Of a stretch of DNA of 64,000 nucleotides, positions 44,192 to 52,149 are shown piece after piece (position 1 is the first letter of the stretch; each line of letters begins with the position of its first letter). Both the position numbers and the translations under genes were made by a program. Below the pieces are notes generated by a model that searched no databases, was not told the DNA's origin, and was given only the letters and a program-made list of their open reading frames with translations. The stretch is from Candidatus Moraniibacteriota bacterium (GTDB taxonomy: Bacteria; Patescibacteriota; Minisyncoccia; Moranbacterales; UBA1568). The stretch spans positions 16,357 through 80,356 of the forward strand of contig JBPOIB010000005.1 in assembly GCA_052034935.1 (NCBI GenBank). Direction: 5' to 3'.

Positions 44192-45382
44192 TTATTTGTA
44201 CCGCAGCGCATCGAGGGCATCGATGTGGCTCGCTTTGCGAGCGGGGAAGACACCGGTCATGAAGCCGACGAAAGCACCGAAGCCGATGACCGTCATGACG
44301 AACCAGAGCGGCGAGTAGAAGAGCGAAACAGCCTCGCCACCGAAGCGGGTTGCGACCGCATTAATGAGGACATTGATGATGAAACCGCCGACCCAGCCGA
44401 TACCGACTCCGCCGACGGCACCGAGGAAGCCCATGAGAGTGGATTCCATCACGAACATGAGCGAGATATCCGATTTGGAAGCACCGATCGCCTTCATGAT
44501 GCCGATTTCTTCGGTCCGTTCGAGCAAAGTGATAGTCATGGTGTTGAACATACCGATGGCGGAAACGATGAGGGCGATCATGCCGAAGACCATGAGGACG
44601 AGCTGGATGGCCCGGAAGACCTTGTTCGCCTGGTCGATGGTTTCGGAGATGGACGAAGCGGTGAGCCCGAGCGCAGCGACGGCCGTCCGGACCGGCTCGA
44701 CGACATCGGTTGAAACGCATTTCACCTTAAGCTTGGTGTATTGTTCGATCACAAAGGCAGTACCAATCGATTCGAGCGGAATATAGACGATGTTCTCGGC
44801 GCCATCGGCGATACCGACGATCGTGTAGGCCTCACCGAGGCCGACCGAGGTGCCGCGTCCGGCCGCGTCCGGATTCGTGAAAAGCGTCAGCGCCATCGAT
44901 CGGCCGAGCATTTCCTCCGGACTGACGCCGAAGACTTGGGAGACAGCCTTGGTGATGACGATTTCTCGGACATTTCCCTTGTCGAAAAGCCGGCCGTTCT
45001 CGATCTTCAGCCCCTCGCTTTTCAGGAAACTCTGGCCGGTCGAAACGGTGGAGACATCGAGTGTGATGTTGTCGTAGCGGCCCTGGCCCGCCAGTTCGAG
45101 CGCCGGGATGACATCGATGACATCGGGAATCTGGCCGAGCTTGTCTATCGTTTCCTGGTTGAGAAGCGCGTTCTTGTCTTCGCCGAGAGTGACATCGAGC
45201 GAGACGAGCGCGTCAGAGGTAGTGATCTTCTGGAGGAGGGTGCGCTGCAGTCCGTAGCCGAAGGAGACGAGGAACATGATCGCCGAGATGCCGACCGACA
45301 TGCCGAGAATAGTCAGCAGGGTCCGCATCGTGCGGGCCTTGAACATACGGAGCGACAGTTTGAGAACATCAAAAAAGCGCAT
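44192..45382 (-). CDS. FtsX/MacB-type ABC transporter permease
   Basis: N-terminal TM, large extracytoplasmic domain, C-terminal 3-TM FtsX fold. Confidence 0.8.
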   Translation of the reverse strand: MRFFDVLKLSLRMFKARTMRTLLTILGMSVGISAIMFLVSFGYGLQRTLLQKITTSDALVSLDVTLGEDKNALLNQETIDKLGQIPDVIDVIPALELAGQGRYDNITLDVSTVSTGQSFLKSEGLKIENGRLFDKGNVREIVITKAVSQVFGVSPEEMLGRSMALTLFTNPDAAGRGTSVGLGEAYTIVGIADGAENIVYIPLESIGTAFVIEQYTKLKVKCVSTDVVEPVRTAVAALGLTASSISETIDQANKVFRAIQLVLMVFGMIALIVSAIGMFNTMTITLLERTEEIGIMKAIGASKSDISLMFVMESTLMGFLGAVGGVGIGWVGGFIINVLINAVATRFGGEAVSLFYSPLWFVMTVIGFGAFVGFMTGVFPARKASHIDALDALRYK

Positions 45383-45384
45383 AC

Positions 45385-46731
45385 TTAGCTGTATTTGAGG
45401 AGCATGATGATTTCAATCTCGCGAGTCATCTTTTCAACTGTATCGCGGCGGAGTCCGACGCCCCCCTGGATGAACGACTTGTCGAGTTTGCGCGAGAGTT
45501 CGATCTGGCCGATCGCACTTTCGAGCCGGAGTTTCAAAGCGGCCTGGAGCCGGAGTCGGGCCTCGTCGTTTATCTTGAGCCGGAATTCACGCTCGAGATA
45601 GGCGCCGAGCTTGAGCGCACCCTCTTCGGTCGTTGTCCGAAGTGCCTGGGTGATAGCGAGGATATCCTCGACCCGTTTGGCGAATCTCATTGCGCGGAGC
45701 TTGTTCCAGCCAGCGCCGCCCTGGTCGAGTTCGAGGTCAAGTCGTTCGGTGAAGAGCGGCACGTCGATATTCTTGAAGAGGAGTTCTTTCAGGAAGGCTT
45801 CAGCCATCGAGACCTGCTCGTCGTTGAGTTCGGAGAGGAGGTGGGCGAGGAGTTGTTTCGCCTTAAACGGGATGAGGAGCATATCCACCTGCTGTGGCAG
45901 GAGGTTCTTGAAGGAATTCATGAGGATCTTCAGTTCGCTATTCTCTTCCTTTTCCTCCGTGAGGAAGTCCTCCATCTTCTTCTCCTTCAAGATCGGACGT
46001 TTCTCCTTGAAGACCTGCTCTTTGATGACGCGGCCGTCCTTCATGTGGATGACGCGGTCGGCATAGACGAGATGATCCGGGTTATGGGTCACCATGATGA
46101 TCGTCTTCTTGTCGATATCATTGAGCTCCTTCAGGATGTCGAGCACGTTCTGGGCCGATTCGGAGTCGAGGTTGCCAACCGGCTCGTCCGCGAGGATGAT
46201 GTCAGGATTGTTCATGAGAGAGCGAGCAATGGCGACACGCTGCTTCTGGCCGCCGGAAAGCTGGTTCGGCATCTTGTCGCCCTGTTCGGCGATGCCGAAA
46301 CGGCGCAGCAATGAAAAGCCGTCCTTTTTGCGAACCGCCGGCGTTTCGCCGCGGAACACGCGCGGGAGGCAGACATTGTCGAGAATATCGAGCGACGAGA
46401 TGAGGTAGAAAGCCTGGAAAACCATGCCGAGCGTGCTCTGGTGGAGGTCGAGTGTCTGGCGTTCATCCATCTTTGAGATCGACTGCCCTTTGATGTAGAC
46501 ATCGCCGTACGTGGCTGATTGGAGGCCGGAGATCGAGTAGAGGAGTGTGGACTTCCCGCAGCCGGAGGGACCGAAAATAATCACGTATTCATGGGGATAA
46601 ATCGTGAGATTTGTCTCTTCGAGCGCGCGCATCTCATTGGGTTTCCCCTGATTGTAGATGATGCGCAGTTTGTCGATGACGATGAGAGGTTCCGTGCCCG
46701 CTACTGGGACGGCCGGAGAAGTTTCAGGCAT
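45385..46731 (-). CDS. ABC transporter ATP-binding protein (MacB/FtsE-like) with a ~200-aa C-terminal helical extension
   Basis: GPSGCGKSTLL, LSGGQKQRVAIARSL, ILADEP. Residues ~235-448 are K/E/L-rich with no known motif. Confidence 0.8.
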   Translation of the reverse strand: MPETSPAVPVAGTEPLIVIDKLRIIYNQGKPNEMRALEETNLTIYPHEYVIIFGPSGCGKSTLLYSISGLQSATYGDVYIKGQSISKMDERQTLDLHQSTLGMVFQAFYLISSLDILDNVCLPRVFRGETPAVRKKDGFSLLRRFGIAEQGDKMPNQLSGGQKQRVAIARSLMNNPDIILADEPVGNLDSESAQNVLDILKELNDIDKKTIIMVTHNPDHLVYADRVIHMKDGRVIKEQVFKEKRPILKEKKMEDFLTEEKEENSELKILMNSFKNLLPQQVDMLLIPFKAKQLLAHLLSELNDEQVSMAEAFLKELLFKNIDVPLFTERLDLELDQGGAGWNKLRAMRFAKRVEDILAITQALRTTTEEGALKLGAYLEREFRLKINDEARLRLQAALKLRLESAIGQIELSRKLDKSFIQGGVGLRRDTVEKMTREIEIIMLLKYS

Positions 46732-46994
46732 GCGTATTTTTCTCTAGCATATCATATTTCAGGCTTGATTGGAGCGCTTTTCTGTACCTCGCGGTGCTCT
46801 TTCGGTATGATGGAGACATCATGATGAACATCTCAACGAAAACCATCATCGTGGTCGGCATTGTTCAGTCCATTGTCCTCACGCTTATGCTGATCCTCTT
46901 TTTCCAGTATCAGCGAATGCTCGAAGCAGAGAATGTACAGACTGAGACCGAGTTCCGGCCGGAAACAAGCCGATAATCTTCTTATACACGGTAT

Positions 46995-47762
46995 ATGGAA
47001 AACGTCATCCAGACTCTCGGTCCGATCCTCCGCCATGTTTATCGCCTGCACGATATGGCGAGCGATTTCCTTGCCAAGCACGTTTTTACAGTAAAGAAGG
47101 GAATCCTTGTCCTTGCCCACCTCTCGCTCTTCGGATTCTTTTTCCCTGAGTTACGTAAGGACTTCGGCGAACTGGCCGCTAATCTCCTCATCGCGCTCCT
47201 CTTTCTCAGTCCGCTATCAAAGATCTTCCGGATGCGACTCCTCCTCCAGGGGATGATGCTTCGCCGCGAGCTCGGCATCATAATGGGCTATCTGGCGACG
47301 GTCCATGGCGTCGGCTACCTCATCGATCCTGACTGGTTCGAATATATCGTGGTGCCAGTCCTAGCGGGGAATTTTTGGGGCGAAGACCCGCGTTACATCT
47401 TCGGACTTCTCGCTTATGCGCTGACTTTGCCGCTCCTCTTTACTTCGAATGCTCTTTCTCAGCGCCTGCTCGGTCCGAAGTGGAAACTTCTGCATCGAAC
47501 AGTCTACCTCATGTTCGTCTTCGCTATCCTCCATCGGTTCATCGTGAAGGAGATGACGCCGATCGCACTTGCCGAAGCGGGTATACTGATCGGTTCTTAC
47601 ATCGGGGCAAAAGCACTGGCCTGGAGGAACTTTCTGCCGCCCTTGGTCGAGGCAATCCGTCTCATAGCCGAAGACTATCGTCGCTCCAAGACGTTGGCGC
47701 CTGCCGAAGCATCTCCGGTTGAGAATTCTCCCCGCGGCCCGCAAGGACCGATTGTCTCCTAG
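46995..47762 (+). CDS. ferric-reductase-like transmembrane (YedZ/MsrQ-type) b-haem membrane protein
   Basis: 6 TM; His pair in WKLLHRTVYLMFVFAILH (H-x13-H) plus additional His in earlier helices. Confidence 0.55.
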   Translation: MENVIQTLGPILRHVYRLHDMASDFLAKHVFTVKKGILVLAHLSLFGFFFPELRKDFGELAANLLIALLFLSPLSKIFRMRLLLQGMMLRRELGIIMGYLATVHGVGYLIDPDWFEYIVVPVLAGNFWGEDPRYIFGLLAYALTLPLLFTSNALSQRLLGPKWKLLHRTVYLMFVFAILHRFIVKEMTPIALAEAGILIGSYIGAKALAWRNFLPPLVEAIRLIAEDYRRSKTLAPAEASPVENSPRGPQGPIVS

Positions 47763-47824
47763 AGTGCGGCCACTCTCAGAGTTTGGTATACTGGAAAGGC
47801 TAATTTTTCACTGCTCTATTTCGT

Positions 47825-48661
47825 ATGGATGAGATGAAGTCTCCAGTCGAAGCGGACATCCAGTCTGCTTCGGGAAGCTGTTGTTCAAACAAGGGCTCTT
47901 GCAATTGTGCAGGAACAAAGGAAGAGAAAGGTGCTTGGATCGTCGCCGGAGCCGTTCTCTTGGCCGGCCTCATGGTGACGGCAGGCATCCTGGTTTCGAT
48001 GAAGCCGGGCGTTTCTACGGGCACACCAGCGCCATCCGCCGCACCGACCGCAGCTAATCCGTCAGGCGAAAAGGCCGGTCCTCAGATGGCCAAGGTCTCG
48101 CTTGATGATGACGCGGTAATGGGGGATCGGAAGAAAGCGAAAGTCGCCATTATCGAATTCAGCGACTTCGAGTGCCCATTTTGCCAGAAGTTCCATAAGG
48201 ATACCTATGACACCCTGGTGAAGGACTATGTTGACACAGGCAAAGCGGTCATCTCCTTCCGGGACTATCCGCTCCCATTTCATGAGCCGAAAGCGAGTCT
48301 TGCGGCCAATCTCGCACAGTGCGTCAAGGAAGCGAAAGGGGATGTGGCCTACTTCAAGTTCTCCAAGCTGTATTTCGAGAATACCGTCTCGAACGGCAAG
48401 GGTGTAGCGGACGAGAAGATGAATGAGATTCTCCAGCAGGCTGGCGTGAATGCGACGAGCGTCAAAGACTGCGCGACCAAAGAGAAATTCAAGGATGAAA
48501 TCGCCAAGGACATGGCTGACGGCCAGGCGGTCGGAGTCAATGGCACCCCATCGTTTATCATCGGTAAGCTCTCTGCTGATGGTATGGTTGATGGCGAAGT
48601 TGTCGTTGGCGCCCTCCCGCTCGCTCAGTTTAAGTCGACGGTCGACAAATATCTCAAGTAA
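47825..48661 (+). CDS. DsbA-family thiol:disulfide oxidoreductase, membrane-anchored, with N-terminal Cys-rich segment
   Basis: CPFC active site in ...EFSDFECPFCQKFH; thioredoxin fold. N-terminal ...SGSCCSNKGSCNCAG followed by a TM. Confidence 0.75.
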   Translation: MDEMKSPVEADIQSASGSCCSNKGSCNCAGTKEEKGAWIVAGAVLLAGLMVTAGILVSMKPGVSTGTPAPSAAPTAANPSGEKAGPQMAKVSLDDDAVMGDRKKAKVAIIEFSDFECPFCQKFHKDTYDTLVKDYVDTGKAVISFRDYPLPFHEPKASLAANLAQCVKEAKGDVAYFKFSKLYFENTVSNGKGVADEKMNEILQQAGVNATSVKDCATKEKFKDEIAKDMADGQAVGVNGTPSFIIGKLSADGMVDGEVVVGALPLAQFKSTVDKYLK

Positions 48662-48682
48662 GACCGCTTACTTTTGGTGAGA

Positions 48683-48712
48683 ACCGCTCCGTCATACGAG
48701 CGGTTTTCTTTT
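48683..48712 (+). terminator. Rho-independent terminator after the dsbA-like gene
   Basis: aaccgctc-cgtcatac-gagcggtt followed by ttcttttg. Confidence 0.7.
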
Positions 48713-48726
48713 GCTTACAATGCGAA

Positions 48727-48757
48727 AAGAAAAAGCTCCCAACAAGGGAGCTTTTTA
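48727..48757. terminator. bidirectional terminator (serves rplT on the minus strand)
   Basis: An A-run, then agctccc-aacaa-gggagct, then ttttat. Confidence 0.7.
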
Positions 48758-48775
48758 TCGAAGATTGAGAAGTAC

Positions 48776-49168
48776 TTATTTGCTAGTGACGGCCTCTTTT
48801 TTCTCCTCTACCTTTCCAGATTTCCCGAGGACGTTCTTGACGAGAGCAGTGAAGACGGCTGGGTTCTCTACGGCCATTTCTGAGAGAACTTTGCGGTCGA
48901 GGGCGATGGATTTGGTCTTCAGAAAAGCAATGAATTTAGCATAGCTCGTGCCGTTCTCTCGGAGAGCATTGTTGAGGCGGACGATCCAGAGGGCGCGGAA
49001 GGTGCGCTTCTTGGCTCGGCGGTCACGGCGAGCGTACTTCCCAGCCTTGATGACGGCTTCCTTGGCTTTCGTGAAGAGCTTTTTGCGGCCCCAGCGGTAG
49101 CCTTTAGCCTTCTTCAGGATGTTGTTGTGGCGCTTTTTGGTCATTACGCCGCGCTTGACTCGGGACAT
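48776..49168 (-). CDS. rplT: 50S ribosomal protein L20
   Basis: [28 protein letters not shown] is the canonical L20 N-terminus. Confidence 0.9.
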   Translation of the reverse strand: MSRVKRGVMTKKRHNNILKKAKGYRWGRKKLFTKAKEAVIKAGKYARRDRRAKKRTFRALWIVRLNNALRENGTSYAKFIAFLKTKSIALDRKVLSEMAVENPAVFTALVKNVLGKSGKVEEKKEAVTSK

Positions 49169-49252
49169 ACGGTGAAAAAATCGAATTTAGGAATGCTCTA
49201 TTCTGTCTCAAAAAGGGAAAGAAGTCAAATCTCTCGCCTAGCAAATCCTCAT

Positions 49253-49450
49253 TTATGACTTGAGGAGGGCTCGCTTGACGTTCTTTACGTCGACCGCGAG
49301 GACGATATGGTCGCCGCGCTTTGCTCGGGTCGCTTTGCCGGTATCGCGGGTATTGTAGTGGTTCTGGCCCGTCGATCGGCGCTTCAGCTTACCGGTTCCG
49401 GTGACTTTGAACTTCTTCGATACGTTCTTCTTCGTCTTCATCTTGGGCAT
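49253..49450 (-). CDS. rpmI: 50S ribosomal protein L35
   Basis: MPKMKTKKNVSKKFKVTGTGKLKRR...; 65 aa. Confidence 0.85.
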   Translation of the reverse strand: MPKMKTKKNVSKKFKVTGTGKLKRRSTGQNHYNTRDTGKATRAKRGDHIVLAVDVKNVKRALLKS

Positions 49451-49489
49451 AAGGTTCTCTCGTTTAAATTCATTATAGATAATCGCTGT

Positions 49490-50038
49490 TTACTCGGGCA
49501 CGATGAGGATGCTGAATCCGCGCGGCCCCCGAGTTACGTTCTCCTCGATCTTGTGGGGGACGGTGATCGATTTTACGAAGGCAAGGAGATTCTCTTTCGC
49601 TTTGTCGCCCATCGCCTTCTCGCGGCCGCGGAGCATCAGGTCGATCTTCACCTTGTTGCCCTTGAGCATGAATTTCTCGGCCTGGGATTTTTTGAAAAAG
49701 AGATCGTGCTTTTCGGTTCGGTAGCCGAGACGGACACCCTTAGTCTCGACTTTCTTCTGTTTCGTCTTGGCGACCTGAGCCTGCTTTGCTTGCTGGTACT
49801 GGAGTTTGCCGTAGTCGGTGATACGACAGACAGGCGGTACGGCCTGCGGGGAAACCTCGACGACATCGAGGCCTTTTTCCTTGGCGATGACCATCGCCAC
49901 CGCCGGCGCCATGGTGCCGAGATTTTCGCCTTCTTCCGTGATGACGACAACCTCCGCGGCGAGGATCTGCTCGTTCACGCGGTAACGTTGTTTGACAACG
50001 ACTTTCGGTTTCGGGCGATGGTGCCTTCTTCGTCTCAC
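49490..50038 (-). CDS. infC: translation initiation factor IF-3
   Basis: ...RVNEQILAAEVVVITEEGENLG... and the C-terminal KGVRLGYRTEKHDL...KIDLMLRGRE. The start is probably non-AUG, as is common for infC. Confidence 0.85.
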   Translation of the reverse strand: MRRRRHHRPKPKVVVKQRYRVNEQILAAEVVVITEEGENLGTMAPAVAMVIAKEKGLDVVEVSPQAVPPVCRITDYGKLQYQQAKQAQVAKTKQKKVETKGVRLGYRTEKHDLFFKKSQAEKFMLKGNKVKIDLMLRGREKAMGDKAKENLLAFVKSITVPHKIEENVTRGPRGFSILIVPE

Positions 50039-50060
50039 GAGGGTAACGATAAAAACTTAG

Positions 50061-50461
50061 TGGAGTTGATGGGAATTGCACCCATGTCCAGTAACGGTAT
50101 TCCAAAATAGACTACAAGCGTAGTGTGCTTTGTTTACAGACAAAAGGTAGAAAGCGCACAAAATCCTTTCGTCAGCTTTTCTTTGGCAATACAACTTGAG
50201 GCGTAAAGAAAAAGAAATGTCCTCGCGTCGTCTCAATGGTTATGGCACCAGAGTTTCCCTATTGAGAATCGGGAGTCCGATGGCTTCGCGCAATATTAGG
50301 CGAGAGCAGGAGCGAAAGACGGAGCAAACGCTTGCGCGATTGCGTTCTTTGCTTTGGTGATGAAGTTTGCAGTTATCATCGTGAGAACGAGTTTTACGAT
50401 CATGTTCTCAAGATCGGCTTGCCTATTTTAAAAGTGCGTTCTGTCGAGTCTAGACAACCCC
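50061..50461 (-). ncRNA. ssrA: tmRNA (SsrA)
   Basis: Minus-strand reading gives a 5' GGGGUUGUCUAGACUCGACAG... that pairs with the 3' ...CAACUCCA (G3:U70 wobble, A discriminator). T-arm AUGGG-UGCAAUU-CCCAU. Internal tag ORF GCA AAC UUC ... GCU CUC GCC UAA = ANFITKAKNAIAQAFAPSFAPALA*. Located immediately downstream of smpB. Confidence 0.75.
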
Positions 50462-50503
50462 CGCCCACAACACTTCTTGCGAAGGGTTTCGGGCGGGGAG
50501 GGT

Positions 50504-50959
50504 TTAGTAATTCTTCATCTCGCGGCGGATGCGGCGATCGCTCTCGCGCTTGCCGATATCAGCGCGCTTATCGTGCTGCTTTTTTCCCTTGCCGACGGCA
50601 AATTCAAGCTTCACGAGTTGCCTCTTAATATACAGACGAATCGGGATCAAAGTCAAGCCTTCAGTCCGGGCTTTTCCGATGAGACTACGGATTTCCGAGC
50701 GCCGGAGGAGAAGGGTGCGCGGCCGGCGGTCATCATGGTGGATTTTCACGCTGGCTCGGGCATAGCGGGGGATGAGGGCGTTCGTCAGGACGAGTTCGGT
50801 GCCGTGAATCGTGACAAAGGCGCCTTTGAGGCTGGCATGGCCGGTTTTCACGCTCTTCACCTCGCCGCCGGTCAAGACCAAGCCCGCCTCATAGTGGTCC
50901 TGGAGGGCGTAATCAAAGGGAGCGCGGCGATTGTAGGCGATTTCTTTGCCTGGTTTCAT
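50504..50959 (-). CDS. smpB: SsrA-binding protein SmpB
   Basis: ...IAYNRRAPFDYALQDHYEAGLVLTGGEVKS...LIPIRLYIKRQLVKLEFAVGKGKKQHDKR. Start taken at MKPGKE. Confidence 0.85.
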   Translation of the reverse strand: MKPGKEIAYNRRAPFDYALQDHYEAGLVLTGGEVKSVKTGHASLKGAFVTIHGTELVLTNALIPRYARASVKIHHDDRRPRTLLLRRSEIRSLIGKARTEGLTLIPIRLYIKRQLVKLEFAVGKGKKQHDKRADIGKRESDRRIRREMKNY

Positions 50960-51095
50960 AGACTTATCTAGCTTCTGTATACCAGAAATGGCCGTGTAAA
51001 GCCATTCTTTGAATCTTCCGGTAGTTGACAATATACACCAAAAGTAGTAATATGTAAAGTCGACAAGTCGTCGATGCGTACCCTCGGAGTACTCC

Positions 51096-51218
51096 ATGAA
51101 TTTGCACCCCTTCGCCACCTCGATCGACCAGCGCTTCGCCGGTCCGGTCATGTCTGTGATCATCCTGAGTACCGTCTACGCGTACGTGAGCAGCCTCATC
51201 CAGGCCTTCGGCGGCTGA
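51096..51218 (+). CDS. putative 40-aa hydrophobic peptide
   Basis: GGAG 6 nt upstream of the ATG. MNLHPFATSIDQRFAGPVMSVIILSTVYAYVSSLIQAFGG has a single TM. A hairpin plus T-run follows directly (about 51243-51282). The competing 76-aa track ORF in another frame runs through that terminator. Confidence 0.3.
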   Translation: MNLHPFATSIDQRFAGPVMSVIILSTVYAYVSSLIQAFGG

Positions 51219-51292
51219 ACCAGCCGACCGACCTGCAACACCGCTGCCGTGTACCCCTCCAGGTGCCGGCAGCTTTCTTTTACTCAAAACTA

Positions 51293-51321
51293 TTGACATA
51301 TTGAATATTTTCTGCTACTAT
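51293..51321 (+). promoter_or_regulatory. sigma-70-like promoter TTGACA-17-TACTAT
   Basis: Canonical hexamers upstream of the lipoprotein gene. Confidence 0.5.
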
Positions 51322-51381
51322 TATACCGCAAGAATTTGTCCGGGCCACGAGCCCCTTTTTCAACTTCACCAGGAGAGCGCC

Positions 51382-51984
51382 ATGCGCAAGATCCCTCATA
51401 TCTTCATCATGGCGCTCATCGCCATTCTTTCCCTCACCGGCTGCGGTGGGGGAGACTGGGAGGATATCAATCCTCCGCCAGAAACGGCCAAGGCAGCCGA
51501 AAAGGCCTTTCATGAGGCCGCGACTGATGTTTTCCGTGACGGCTCGGGTACGGCGCCTGGCCTTGAATGGTCGCGCGATGCGAGCGTTCCGGTTGACCAC
51601 TTCATCGTCCGTTTCGGCGAACGGGTGATCTACGACGAGTACCACTGGTTCGTCTACGGCCATCGCGGTCAGATGATCGACGGGACGGATGTCGTTCTCG
51701 TGCATGAGTACGCGTATGCGGACGACTCGGGCCGCTCGACGCTCTTCGTCGGCGGCCGTCGGGCGCTGCTTCCCGACCTTCGCATCGAGCGAACCGGTGC
51801 GAACCTTCCGGCGACGCTCCGCAATGTCCGTGAATTCGGCGACGGTTGGCTCATCGGCTTCGCCTCGTATGACCCGATCTCGAGTACCGAGGTGCCGGTC
51901 AACTACGTGTGGATCCTGTACCACGTTCGAACCGGCCGAGTACTCAACCTCGGCGAATACTGCGGCGCCTGCACCCGGCGCTAG
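51382..51984 (+). CDS. lipoprotein, hypothetical
   Basis: GGAGAG RBS; lipobox LSLTGCGG. The locus is GC-rich. Confidence 0.6.
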   Translation: MRKIPHIFIMALIAILSLTGCGGGDWEDINPPPETAKAAEKAFHEAATDVFRDGSGTAPGLEWSRDASVPVDHFIVRFGERVIYDEYHWFVYGHRGQMIDGTDVVLVHEYAYADDSGRSTLFVGGRRALLPDLRIERTGANLPATLRNVREFGDGWLIGFASYDPISSTEVPVNYVWILYHVRTGRVLNLGEYCGACTRR

Positions 51985-52149
51985 CTCGCCAGCCGAACCT
52001 CGCTGCTACATCCCTTCGCTGCCGCATATCCCAACAGGATGTGCGGCAGTTTTCTTTTTGTTTGCTTCAGGCAAACAACCCTGAACTCGTCGAAGGGTAA
52101 TAACATTTGAGGCTTCACTTTTTGGCTTTTTTCCGCTACGGTAGGGAGT

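Noticed and set aside
51280-51924. 214-aa minus-strand ORF
   Set aside because: It is antisense to the RBS-supported lipoprotein gene.
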